This document shows, one piece after another, positions 48,337 to 58,043 of a DNA stretch of 64,000 nt. The translations under genes were made by a program, and so were the position numbers. This stretch comes from an uncultured Clostridia bacterium (GTDB lineage Bacteria; Bacillota; Clostridia; Christensenellales; UBA1242), in the NCBI GenBank assembly GCA_944377315.1, contig CALWEM010000011.1, positions 1,897 to 65,896 of the forward strand. Direction: 5' to 3'. The notes beneath the pieces are model-generated. The model made no database searches. It saw only the letters and a program-made list of their open reading frames with translations, and was not told the DNA's origin. How positions within the stretch are numbered: the stretch's first letter is position 1; every line of letters begins with the position of its first letter.

Positions 48337-49031
48337 TAATTTCCTCCAAATCTTCTGTTGCGTTTCGAATATATTTTTAATGCTTTTAAAAGTTCTTTTC
48401 GCCTAAAACTAGGCCAGCAAACTTTTGGAAAATAGAGTTCGCTGTATGCAAGTTGAAAGAGCATAAAGTTTGACAGACGCATCTCTCCACTTGTTCGAAT
48501 CAAAAAGTCAATGTCTGGTGCCGGAAAGGAATATAAATTTTCAAGAATATCATTTTCAGTCACCTTCTTTTTGCCTTTTTCGAGCGAATTGTTAACCGCA
48601 CGCACAATGTCATCTCTCCCGCCATAGTTAAGTGCCAAATTAACAACAAGCCCAGTGTTATTTTTGCTTTCTTCCACTTCTTTTATAATTCTTTTTTGAA
48701 TTTCACTGTCAAAACGCGAAGTATCACCCATAACAGTGAACTTGACATTCCATTTTTTGAATTTTTCTTCATTTTCGTCAAACATATTTTTAACAATATC
48801 AAAAATGGCGTCAATTTCTTTCTTATCTCTGTTCCAATTTTCAGTGGAAAAAGCGAAAAATGAAGCAAATTTGATTTCTTTGATTTTTGTCAACTCGCCT
48901 ATTATCTCGACAATGGATTCAGCACCTTTTTTGTGACCATATTCCTTTTTGAGTCCTCTTCTGACAGCCCAACGCCGATTGCCATCCATAATAAACGCGA
49001 TATGAACAGGATAATTTGCAATTTTTTTCAT
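48336..49031 (-). CDS. uppS: Undecaprenyl diphosphate synthase
   Basis: HIAFIMDGNRRWA, FSTENW.R, and RTSGE.RLSNF motifs. Confidence 0.95.
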   Translation of the reverse strand: MKKIANYPVHIAFIMDGNRRWAVRRGLKKEYGHKKGAESIVEIIGELTKIKEIKFASFFAFSTENWNRDKKEIDAIFDIVKNMFDENEEKFKKWNVKFTVMGDTSRFDSEIQKRIIKEVEESKNNTGLVVNLALNYGGRDDIVRAVNNSLEKGKKKVTENDILENLYSFPAPDIDFLIRTSGEMRLSNFMLFQLAYSELYFPKVCWPSFRRKELLKALKIYSKRNRRFGGN

Positions 49032-49042
49032 AAAACCCCTAA

Positions 49043-49609
49043 CTAGACTTTCATAACCTCGTCTTCTTTCTCGCTTGCAAGGGTGTCTGCAAGAGATGTG
49101 TATTTATCAATCATCTTTTGAACATCTTTTTCGCATTGAGCAAACTCATCTTCGGAAAGTTCACTGTCTTTCTTAAGGTCTTTCAACATATCAAGACTGT
49201 CACGGCGAGCATTACGCATTGTCACCTTGGTTTCTTCAGCAATCTTCTTGACTTGTTTGACAATTTCTCTTCTTCGCTCTTCTGTGAGAGTTGGAAAAAC
49301 AAGTCGAATTGTTTTGCCATCATCAGTTGGAGTGATGCCAATTTCCGCTTGATTTATTGCTTTCACAACATTTTTGATTTGACTTTGATCCCAAATATTA
49401 ATATTGAGGATTCTTGCCTCGGAAACAGAAATTGTGCCCATTTGATTGATTGGAGTCATCACGCCATAATATTCCACCATAACCTTGTCCAAAATATGCG
49501 GGTTTGCTCTTCCCGCCCGTATAACAAGATATTCACTTTGCTGGTGAGAATATGCTTTTTCCAAATCTTCTTTAAGTGTTGAAAAAATGTCATCAACCAT
49601 TTCGTTCAT
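49043..49609 (-). CDS. frr: Ribosome recycling factor
   Basis: Canonical Frr (IRAGRANP..LD...V.YYG...P.NQ). Start at ATG 49609 behind AAGGAG; the ORF track over-extends to 49711. Confidence 0.95.
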   Translation of the reverse strand: MNEMVDDIFSTLKEDLEKAYSHQQSEYLVIRAGRANPHILDKVMVEYYGVMTPINQMGTISVSEARILNINIWDQSQIKNVVKAINQAEIGITPTDDGKTIRLVFPTLTEERRREIVKQVKKIAEETKVTMRNARRDSLDMLKDLKKDSELSEDEFAQCEKDVQKMIDKYTSLADTLASEKEDEVMKV

Positions 49610-49694
49610 AAAAATCTCCTTAACGAGTTTATTATATATTAAAAGAAAAATATTTGCAAACAAAATTGCATAAAAACAAAAATAAGTTGACAAA

Positions 49695-49731
49695 GACAAA
49701 ATTAAAGCCACGCAAAATATTCGTGCGTGGC
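49695..49731 (-). terminator. Rho-independent terminator after tsf
   Basis: GCCACGCA/TGCGTGGC 8-bp stem with a 9-nt loop, followed by UUUAAUUUUG on the minus strand. Confidence 0.7.
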
Positions 49732-49741
49732 AATAATCAAA

Positions 49742-50395
49742 TTATTTTCCAGCCATTTGTTTTGCAACTTCTTCTGCCAAATTATCGTTTCTTTTTTCCA
49801 TACCTTCACCAAGTTCATAACGAACAAAACGGCGAATGGAAATTTTTTCTCCGATTTTCAAAGTTGCTTCTGTCAAGATATCTTTGATTGTCTTACTGCT
49901 GTCTTTAACAAAAGGTTGATTAAGAAGACAAACATCTTCATAATATTTCTTAATTCTGCCTTCAATCATTCTTTCAACGATATTTGCAGGTTTGCCTTCG
50001 TTGAGAGCTTGAACCTTCAAAATTTCTTTTTCGCTTTCAAGTTCGCTGGTTGGAACTTCGCTTTCTTGAACATATTTTGGATTGGCAGCAGCGATATGCA
50101 TTGCAATATCCTTAACGAGAATTTGGAAGTCCTCGCTTTTTGCCACGAAGTCAGTTTCACAGTTAACTTCGACCAAAACACCAATTTTTCCGCCCATATG
50201 AATATATGAAGCGACAAGACCTTCTGAAGCGATTCTTGCTTGCTTTTTGTCAACCGCTTTAAGTCCTCTTTCACGAAGAATCACGATTGCCTTTTCAAAA
50301 TCACCATTGGCTTCTTGAAGTGCGTTTTTGCATTCCATCATACCAACGCCTGTTTGTGCTCTTAATTTTGCAACATCTTGTGCAGTAAAACTCAT
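49742..50395 (-). CDS. tsf: Elongation factor Ts (short form, 217 aa)
   Basis: UBA-like N-terminus (VAKLRAQTGVGMMECKNAL) and a single core domain. Confidence 0.9.
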   Translation of the reverse strand: MSFTAQDVAKLRAQTGVGMMECKNALQEANGDFEKAIVILRERGLKAVDKKQARIASEGLVASYIHMGGKIGVLVEVNCETDFVAKSEDFQILVKDIAMHIAAANPKYVQESEVPTSELESEKEILKVQALNEGKPANIVERMIEGRIKKYYEDVCLLNQPFVKDSSKTIKDILTEATLKIGEKISIRRFVRYELGEGMEKRNDNLAEEVAKQMAGK

Positions 50396-50413
50396 AATAT
50401 TATCTCCTTTTAA

Positions 50414-51334
50414 TTATTCTGCATCACTTGCAGATTCAGTTTTTTCGTCTGCCTTCACAGTGGCATCGACATTTTCATCTTTCTTTTCTTCAACCTTTTC
50501 TTTTTTTGGAGCAGGTTTTTTCTTTGGCTTTTTGTTTGTTTTCTTCACTTCTTCACCAGCTTCAGCAAGTTCAAGACTTGGCTTTGCTTCAGTGAGCAAA
50601 CTTTCAAGGTCAACTTTTTCTTCTTCAGATTCTTCATCTTTCTTCATTGAAACACCTTCTCTTGCTTCAATACAAGCATCAGCGATGGCACTTGCAATGA
50701 GTTTGACAGAGCGAATCGCGTCATCATTTCCAGGAATAACAATGGTGACATTTGAAGGGTCGCAGTTTGTGTCAACCAAAGAAACGACAGGAATATTCAA
50801 AATGTTTGCTTCGTGAACGCAGATTTTTTCGTTTGTAGGGTCAACAACGAACAAAGCGCCAGGAAGTTCACGCATTTCTTTAATTCCGCCAAGATTTTTT
50901 TCAAGTTTATCTCTTTCTTGTTTCAAAAGAGCAACTTCTTTTTTTGGAAGAAGGTCAAATTCTCCCACTTTTTCCATTTGATTAAGTTTGTTTAATCTTT
51001 CAATTCTGTTTCTGATTGTTTTGAAGTTGGTCAAAGTTCCGCCGAGCCAGCGAGTGTTCACGAAGAACATACCGCATCTTTCAGCTTCTTCTTTAACAGC
51101 TTCTTGTGCTTGTTTTTTTGTTCCAACAAAAAGCACTGATTTACCTGATGCAACAACATCACGGATGAATGAGTAAGCTTTGTCAACTTGCTCTGATGTA
51201 ACTTCAAGATTCAAAATGTGAATATCATTTCTGGCAGTGAAAATGTATTTCTTCATTTTTGGGTTCCACTTTCTTGTTTGGTGACCGAAGTGAACGCCTG
51301 CTTCAAGAAGTTGTTTCATTGAAATAACTGACAT
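50414..51334 (-). CDS. rpsB: 30S ribosomal protein S2 with a long charged C-terminal tail
   Basis: [20 protein letters not shown]-terminus. The C-terminal Lys/Glu-rich tail runs roughly 70-80 aa beyond the S2 core. Confidence 0.95.
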   Translation of the reverse strand: MSVISMKQLLEAGVHFGHQTRKWNPKMKKYIFTARNDIHILNLEVTSEQVDKAYSFIRDVVASGKSVLFVGTKKQAQEAVKEEAERCGMFFVNTRWLGGTLTNFKTIRNRIERLNKLNQMEKVGEFDLLPKKEVALLKQERDKLEKNLGGIKEMRELPGALFVVDPTNEKICVHEANILNIPVVSLVDTNCDPSNVTIVIPGNDDAIRSVKLIASAIADACIEAREGVSMKKDEESEEEKVDLESLLTEAKPSLELAEAGEEVKKTNKKPKKKPAPKKEKVEEKKDENVDATVKADEKTESASDAE

Positions 51335-51515
51335 AAAAATATACCTCCTTGTTTTTGTCCTTCCCCAAAGTTTTAACTCTTTAAGTCAACCCAAGATTAC
51401 TCTTTTGCTTTGCGATAAATTCAAACAAAAATTTTCCAAACCAAAAATCACAAAGCGTTCAGGCAACCGACCTAAAAATGTTCTTTGAGTGCAAATTTGT
51501 CTCAATGACGCGATG

Positions 51516-51544
51516 ATTATAGCATAATAAATTAAGAAAATCAA
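51516..51544 (-). promoter_or_regulatory. Sigma-A-type promoter of rpsB-tsf (long 5' leader)
   Basis: Minus strand reads TTGATT (51539-51544), 17 nt, TGcTATAAT (-10 at 51516-51521). ATG is at 51334, so the leader is about 175 nt. Confidence 0.6.
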
Positions 51545-51631
51545 GCATTTTTCAGCATATTGCAAAAATATTTTCAAAAACGCTTGATTCTCACCTATCA
51601 TATTTATTTGCAGTCAAAATGCCAAAAAAAC

Positions 51632-54228
51632 TTAAACACACACATATTCTGACACCTTGATTGTCAATCGCATACCCAAAAGAGATGTCGGACGCTGACC
51701 GATACCACCAACTCCGCCACTTGTTTTGCACTCAATGGTGTTCAAGTTCGAGCCAAGGTCGCGGACAAAATAATATTTCCCATCACCAAACATATTCAAG
51801 AAATCACTCACAAGGTCGGAAAATTCGCAAGCAAAATCACCGCAAGTGGACAATATTTCCTCCTCACTTGCCAAAGCGATTTCATTTTCAAAAGTTTCCT
51901 TTTCAATGCGAGATGTGGCAGAAAATTTTTCAGCATTAAAGGTATAATTTTCCAAAAAGTTCTTATTTTCCAGCGTGAAATTATGAAGATAATCATCAGC
52001 AAAAGAATATTCGCTGTTTGCAGAGATATAACCTTCTCCAACACTCAAAGATGCGACAGAATATTTCCCCACATACACCACGCTTTCCATCACAGCAAGA
52101 GCACCATTATTGTTAAAATTATTTGACACATTATTGCTGTTGTATTCAATTCGCCACCTAACCGGCAAAACACGATACCAATTTCCAAACGCATATGCAT
52201 ACTCTTCGCCGTCATAAATCTTTGCCGAAAGCATCAGCCCAGCAAAGAAATAGGAATATGGCGAATTTGTGACGCCGTCCGTGTCATCCAGCGTGTCATC
52301 GTTTTCAAGGAAAGTGATTATTGTGGAGTTCTCCACTCGCTCTTGTGGCATTTTGCCGTATTCAATATACCAATAATCACCTTCTTCATCATAATACGCC
52401 GGCACATTCGGTTTCCAATATGCAAAAATTTCGGTGTCAGACACCGTGAAAGTCGGCTCTGCCACAATAACCCCACTCTCGTCAATAATCATCACCCCTT
52501 CGCCATTTTCGCCGGTGTAATAACCCTTGAAAATGTGGCCAACTCGTGTCGGCAAAGAAACTTGTGTTATCAAATTCGTTGTTGCATCATTGGAATAAAA
52601 GCCAGTATTATATTTTTCATATATTTTTGCAATTTCGCTATAGCCATTTTGATAATTTAATGAGATTGTGTAAGTCCCCAATTCCCAATCTGCAAACAAA
52701 GTGAAGTGGTCGTGAAAATATGTGTTTGAAACAAGAAAATTTCCGTTTTCGTCAATAATTTTTGTGCCTTGTCCATTTAAAGAAGTGTAATAGCCCAAAA
52801 ATTTATAACCAGTGAGTGTTGGAGTTTCAATGGAAGTTATCATCTCCATTGTTTCAGAGTCAGAATAAAAGCCAACACCGTATCTTTGATAAATATATGT
52901 GTTCTCGCTTTCATTTTGAGAGTCCAGCGTGATTGTTGACACATCAAGATAGCCTGATGTGTTGTTAAACACTTCATTTAGATTGAGGTGAAGTGCTGGT
53001 CGCACAGCGTAAGAAGCACTCACATTGCTGACATTGAATTTACTCCCAGACGGATAGAGAATGAAAGCACTATTAGCAAAATTGGAGTAGCCAGAACGGA
53101 GCCAAGAATAGTTAATCACATATGTTCCACAATCAGAATTGTCGCTCCCTACGCCCGGTGTGATTGATGAAGTGGAAGAAGATATATTTTGTCTTTGTGT
53201 CTGTGATGTTTTCCATAAACCCAAATTTGAAGAGTCATATCCCGTTTCTGCCAAACTTGGAAGCCAAATATAATCATTCGCCCAAGCACTATAATCTTCT
53301 ATTGAATGGTAGTTAAATCCTGAATAATAATCCCCTTCCAAAACGCCTGTCGGGTCATTTATGGAATCATTTGGCAAAAGACTACTAGACAAAGATGGAT
53401 TGTTCTCTGGAGAACTTTGCAATAATTGCCACGAAACATCATTTGGTGTCACCAAAAAAGATGTCAAACTCTCCTCAACTTCATCCATCGTAAATTTTGC
53501 AAAAACACTGTTTTCATTTTGCTCTGCTGTTGTGGATGCCGAAGTGCTCGTTGCATAAATTCCACCATTATTGAGTGTCACAGCACGAATATAACTTGTG
53601 CCATACATATTTGACGGATAATTTACACCTGTTGAAGTTGAATAAAAATCATCAGACCAATCCGAATAAAGAGATCCATTTAAAAATCCATATAAGGTTC
53701 CTTCTGTTCTTGAATATTCCAAAAACTTCTCTTGGTAGCTTGAAGAAAGCCACAATGTGAGAATATTATTTCCTTGATTATCTTTGGATAGATAAACAAC
53801 TTGCCAGTCAAGACCGCCCAGTATCACAATCACATCTTGTCCGTTTGATTTTGGAATTTCTGTGTTTGTCAAAACTTTTTCACGAATATCTGCTGATGTT
53901 GTCGCATTTTCTGCCATTGTGCTTATTGACGCCATTGTTTCGTCGTTCACACCAGCATTTTCGTTTCCGGTTATGTATCTTAAAAGTGTGGTTAAATTTG
54001 TTCGATTGAATTTTAAGCTGTTGTCGTCATATATCTCATCCACTTTGACATATGAAGTTGTGTCATCATCGGTTATTAATTCACTTGCATCTTCTTTTTC
54101 ATCTTGTGAAATCCCCCCCCCGCTTGTTCGAAGTGGGTTTGGTTACAGCCGGCAAAAAGAAAGCCACTGCCGAGTGTTGCAGTGGAGATAAAGAGAAAAG
54201 AAAACAGGCACAACAAAAACTTTTTCAT
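51632..54228 (-). pseudogene. Giant surface lipoprotein 2, frame-interrupted at a G9 tract (phase-OFF state or homopolymer miscall)
   Basis: ATG 54228 behind AAGGAG opens a 50-codon ORF (MKKFLLCLFSFLFISTATLGSGFLFAG|C..., stop at 54076-54078). The 803-codon body ORF (51632-54043) is open in another frame from just after the Cys codon. A tract of 10 or 7 G would fuse the two frames. Confidence 0.75.
54113..54121. repeat. Homopolymer C9 (G9 on the coding strand) 107 nt after the lipoprotein-2 start codon, out of frame with the gene body
   Basis: Counted directly: gaaatCCCCCCCCCgcttg. Confidence 0.95.
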
Positions 54229-54383
54229 ATTATCTCCTTGAAAAAGAAATTTTTGTCAAAAATCTTCAAAAATCGATATTTTCAAAGTCATTTTTTTGAC
54301 ATATCAACAAAATTATTATAAATCTTTTTGAGCAAATTACCAAACAAATTCACGTGTATTTTTTGAAAAAATATAAATTTTTA

Positions 54384-56876
54384 CTATTTTGTGTCAAAAA
54401 GGTTCTTACCTTCACCAACATTCACAATGAGTGGCACTTTGAAGGTTTTGACATTTTCCATACACGACTTGACAATTTCCTTCACTTTTTCAAGTTCACT
54501 TTTTTCAGTGTCAATCACAAGTTCGTCGTGCACTTGCAAAATTATATGACTTTTCAAATTTTTAAGTTCGCGGAAAGTGGCAATCATTGCGAGTTTAATG
54601 ATATCGGACGCAGTGCCTTGCAGTGGCATATTCATCGCCACGCGTTCGCCAAACTTTCGAACATTGAAATTTGAAGAATTGAGTTCTGGAATCATTCGGA
54701 TGCGACCAAAAAGCGTTTTGGCATAGCCATTAGTTTTGGCAAATTCAATATTTTTGTCCATAAACTCTTTTATTTTTGGATATCGTGAGAAATAGTTATC
54801 AATATATATTTTTGCTTTCACACGTGAAGTTTTGATGTTTTGTGACAAGCCGTAGTCGCTTATGCCATAAACAATACCAAAATTCACCGCTTTTGCATCT
54901 CTTCTCATACTTGGCGTCACCTTGTCGATTGGCACATTAAAAATTTCGCTTGCGGTTTTGGTGTGAATATCAATGCCGTTTTGATAGGCTTCAATCAATG
55001 AATCCTCTTCTGCCATATTTGCCAGCAATCTTAATTCAATTTGGTTATAGTCGGCAGAGAGAATGACGCCATCGTCAAACTTGGAGACAAAAATTTTTCT
55101 CAAATTTTTTCCTTCTTCATCACGCGTTGGAATATTTTGCATATTTGGTTCAGAACTTGAAAGTCGCCCAGTGTTTGTGAGTGTTTGATTGAAAATCGTG
55201 TGAATGACATCACCACGCGTTTTGCAAATTTCTTTATACACATTAATATATGTGCTTTTAAGTTTATATACCTTTCGATAGTGAATGATAAGATTGACAA
55301 TCTCGTTGTCAAACCTAAGTTCATCCAAAATGGCAAAACTTGTCGAGCGCTTTTTGTTGTTATATGGCACAATTTTCAGCTTATCAAAAAGAATGGTCGC
55401 CACTTGCTTTGGAGAGTTAATGTTGAACTCTTCGCCAGCCATTTGGTATATCTCTTTTTCAAGTTCCTTTATCTCCAAAGATATCTTTTGGTCAATCTCA
55501 TCCAAAATTCCTTCATCAATTTTGAAGCCTTCTTCTTCCATTGACGCCAAAACTTCCACAAGCGGAATTTCAATGTGATGATAAACAAAATCAACACCTT
55601 TTTCTTTGATTAAATCTTCAAACTCCACCTTGAGAGCAAAAAAATCGGCTGGGTTTTTCGATAAATCATTGGAAACTGTGGTGAAGCAGACATATCTGGC
55701 AATTTCGAGGTCGAAAAAGGAACGGAATTGAATTCCCAAACGCTTCAAAACTTTCATATCATCTTTTGAAGAAAGTGTGATTTTTCGAATTTTCTCATCT
55801 TCAAAAACATTTTTTAATTTTTTCAAAACCTCGTTTAAATCAATAAAAGACGAAAAAAGGTTTGGATTTTTTTCAAGATAATAAACTTTTGAAGAATTTG
55901 GCGAAAAGGAAAGTTCTGTGATGCTGTATGAAAACTCGTCCTTAATTTCCTTTATCATATCATCAATTTGCGAGAGATTTTCCACCAAAACTCGTTCAAC
56001 TTCGCGTTCTTCCTTTTTTGGTTCGCCGAAGATATCTTCTCTTTTTGTGAAAGAGTTGAAATTCCAATACTCAAAAAAGTCGCGAACTTCATTACTGAAT
56101 GGAAAGGAATATTCACATTCTTTCAAATCAAATTTCAAATCGCAGTCAGTTTTTATTGTGGCAAGCGTTTTTGAAAGATAAGCATTTTCCTTGTCAAAAA
56201 CGAGTTTTTCTTTGAGCTTTCCGCTGATTTCATCAATATGTTCGTAAACACCGTCCAAATCGCCATATTTTTGAAGAAGAGAAAGTGCGGTTTTTTCACC
56301 CACACCGCTGACACCCGGAATATTGTCCGAACTGTCGCCCATAAGTGCTTTAAGGTCGATGATGATGGATGGAGCAAAGCCATATTTTTCTCTGATTGCA
56401 CCTTCATTCATCACATCAAGTTCGGTGACACCTTTCTTTGTCAGCCACACAGTCGTGTTGTCATCAACAAGTTGAAATAAGTCCCTATCTCCAGAAAGCA
56501 AGATATTTTCATTTTGAGAATGTTTGGCAATCGTGCCGATGATATCGTCCGCTTCAATTCCTTCTTGTTCAAAAATTTTGATATTCATCTTCAAAAGCAT
56601 CTCTTTGATGAAAGGAAATTGTTTTCGCAAGTCTTCTGGCGTTTCTTTTCTCGTGCCCTTATATTCACTGTATATTTCATTTCGAAAAGTTTTTCGTGCG
56701 TGGTCAAATGCCACGGCAATATAATCCGGCTTTTGCTCAGTTATCAGTTTTATCAAAATGTTTGCAAAACCAAAAATTGCACCAGACGGCTGAGCCTTGA
56801 TATTTGATAAATATGGCATCGCATAAAATGCCCGATTCGCCAAACTATTTCCATCAACAATCAAAAATTTTTTCAT
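54384..56876 (-). CDS. polA: DNA polymerase I
   Basis: 5'-nuclease domain (LIVDGNSLANRAFYA), a central exonuclease-like domain, and pol motifs (DYNQIELRLLA, RRDAKAVNFGIVYG, QVHDELV). Start at ATG 56876. Confidence 0.95.
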   Translation of the reverse strand: MKKFLIVDGNSLANRAFYAMPYLSNIKAQPSGAIFGFANILIKLITEQKPDYIAVAFDHARKTFRNEIYSEYKGTRKETPEDLRKQFPFIKEMLLKMNIKIFEQEGIEADDIIGTIAKHSQNENILLSGDRDLFQLVDDNTTVWLTKKGVTELDVMNEGAIREKYGFAPSIIIDLKALMGDSSDNIPGVSGVGEKTALSLLQKYGDLDGVYEHIDEISGKLKEKLVFDKENAYLSKTLATIKTDCDLKFDLKECEYSFPFSNEVRDFFEYWNFNSFTKREDIFGEPKKEEREVERVLVENLSQIDDMIKEIKDEFSYSITELSFSPNSSKVYYLEKNPNLFSSFIDLNEVLKKLKNVFEDEKIRKITLSSKDDMKVLKRLGIQFRSFFDLEIARYVCFTTVSNDLSKNPADFFALKVEFEDLIKEKGVDFVYHHIEIPLVEVLASMEEEGFKIDEGILDEIDQKISLEIKELEKEIYQMAGEEFNINSPKQVATILFDKLKIVPYNNKKRSTSFAILDELRFDNEIVNLIIHYRKVYKLKSTYINVYKEICKTRGDVIHTIFNQTLTNTGRLSSSEPNMQNIPTRDEEGKNLRKIFVSKFDDGVILSADYNQIELRLLANMAEEDSLIEAYQNGIDIHTKTASEIFNVPIDKVTPSMRRDAKAVNFGIVYGISDYGLSQNIKTSRVKAKIYIDNYFSRYPKIKEFMDKNIEFAKTNGYAKTLFGRIRMIPELNSSNFNVRKFGERVAMNMPLQGTASDIIKLAMIATFRELKNLKSHIILQVHDELVIDTEKSELEKVKEIVKSCMENVKTFKVPLIVNVGEGKNLFDTK

Positions 56877-56907
56877 ATTCTTTCCTTTCATCAGATACTA
56901 TATATGG

Positions 56908-56930
56908 TGTGTTATGCATTGCATACCACA
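56908..56930. repeat. 23-bp near-perfect palindrome TGTGTTATGCA-T-TGCATACCACA
   Basis: 10 of 11 arm positions pair. Lies 32-54 nt upstream of the polA ATG. Its right half is identical to 13709-13719. Confidence 0.85.
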
Positions 56931-56942
56931 ATGCATTTTGTG

Positions 56943-57263
56943 TTATAGCGTCAATGAAAGTGGATTTGTTGAACTGAACCAACTGTATATAACATCTGGA
57001 CAAGCCATAACAATGATATAAACAACAATCGCCACAATAAGCAGAATGAAGAAAACAACTTTTAATGGATTTCCAGCAAAATTCACAAGTGCGAACAGGA
57101 AGATTATTGCCACGCCACCAAAGTTGACAATAAGGTCAAACCAAGGTCGAAATCCACCCATATCTGGCTCCCACGCCGTTTGTGCATCAATAACGTGCAC
57201 AATCAAAAATCCGATATAAACAATTGATAATATTGACAAAACTGTGTAAAGAATTTTTTTCAT
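56943..57263 (-). CDS. Hypothetical small membrane protein (3 predicted TM helices)
   Basis: GGAGGGG RBS and its own promoter (TTGTCA, 17 nt, TGcTAGAAT) upstream. Hydrophobic segments are visible in the translation. Confidence 0.5.
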   Translation of the reverse strand: MKKILYTVLSILSIVYIGFLIVHVIDAQTAWEPDMGGFRPWFDLIVNFGGVAIIFLFALVNFAGNPLKVVFFILLIVAIVVYIIVMACPDVIYSWFSSTNPLSLTL

Positions 57264-57370
57264 TTCCCCTCCAAATATATATATTCCATTCTAGCATAAA
57301 AAATATTTTTTGACAAACATTTTTCACCTTGATAACAAAAAACACAAAATTTTTCTCAATTTTGAAGGTA

Positions 57371-57397
57371 TAAAAAAATAAGGGATTGAAAAATCCC
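57371..57397 (-). terminator. Rho-independent terminator after the holin gene
   Basis: GGGATT-tttc-AATCCC on the minus strand followed by UUAUUUUUUUA. Confidence 0.7.
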
Positions 57398-57407
57398 CTA
57401 TCTTTCT

Positions 57408-57725
57408 CTATTTTTCATCTTTCTCTTTCTCATCTTCTTCAAAAGTGTTTTCTTCATTTCCGTCATCTTGTAAATCGTCCTCGTCATTCTTTTCGCTTTC
57501 TTTGTTTTCTTCGTCCATATTTTCCGTTTTCTGGTCATCTTTGACAACAAGTCCAAAAACCACAAGAACACCGGCAAACGACATTATGACATTCTCAACC
57601 ACATTGTTTTCAATCTCAAAGCCAAAAATATTTCCAAGGCAGTTCAAAAAGATTATCAATGCACCTGAAAGAGAAATCCAAAAACTGTAATGTTTCATTT
57701 TTTCAAGCAGTTTCTTCAAATTCAT
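57408..57725 (-). CDS. Phage holin (phi LC3 / Phage_holin_1-like): 2 TM helices plus an acidic tail
   Basis: The N-terminal pattern HYSFWISLSGALIIFLNCLGNIFGFEIEN...VLVVFGLVVKD resembles the LC3-type holin layout. Highly acidic C-terminus. Confidence 0.55.
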   Translation of the reverse strand: MNLKKLLEKMKHYSFWISLSGALIIFLNCLGNIFGFEIENNVVENVIMSFAGVLVVFGLVVKDDQKTENMDEENKESEKNDEDDLQDDGNEENTFEEDEKEKDEK

Positions 57726-57936
57726 CCTCGCTTTTCAAAAATTCTTTGATATCTTGGAGCTCTTCTTTGACATCTTCAAGGCTTGAAAGTGTGCTGGTTA
57801 ATTTTTCAATTGTTTCTTGATATTTCACTTCTCGCTTTGAAGAATCTTTCATTTGATAGAAGAAAAGCCAAACAAAAAGCACTGCAAAAATACCATTGCT
57901 GACAACCATTCTCAACACTTCATTCCAAATTTCCAA
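57703..57936 (-). CDS. BhlA/UviB-family holin-like protein
   Basis: 77 aa with a single N-terminal TM helix GIFAVLFVWLFFYQMKDSSKRE followed by coiled coil, matching the BhlA pattern recalled from memory. TTG start behind AAGGAAG. Confidence 0.6.
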   Translation of the reverse strand: MEIWNEVLRMVVSNGIFAVLFVWLFFYQMKDSSKREVKYQETIEKLTSTLSSLEDVKEELQDIKEFLKSEDEFEETA

Positions 57937-58043
57937 GATTTTCTTCCTTTTTCAAATTTAAAGTTATATTTATCATCTCATCTTCTCCTTTTTTATAGAA
58001 AAGTTTTCGATTATAAAAACGAACAAAATTGGTGTAAATCATA

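Noticed and set aside
54052-54321. Plus-strand 89-aa ORF across the lipoprotein-2 leader and C9 tract
   Set aside because: It is antisense to a clear RBS, signal peptide and lipobox on the minus strand, and it has no translation signals of its own.
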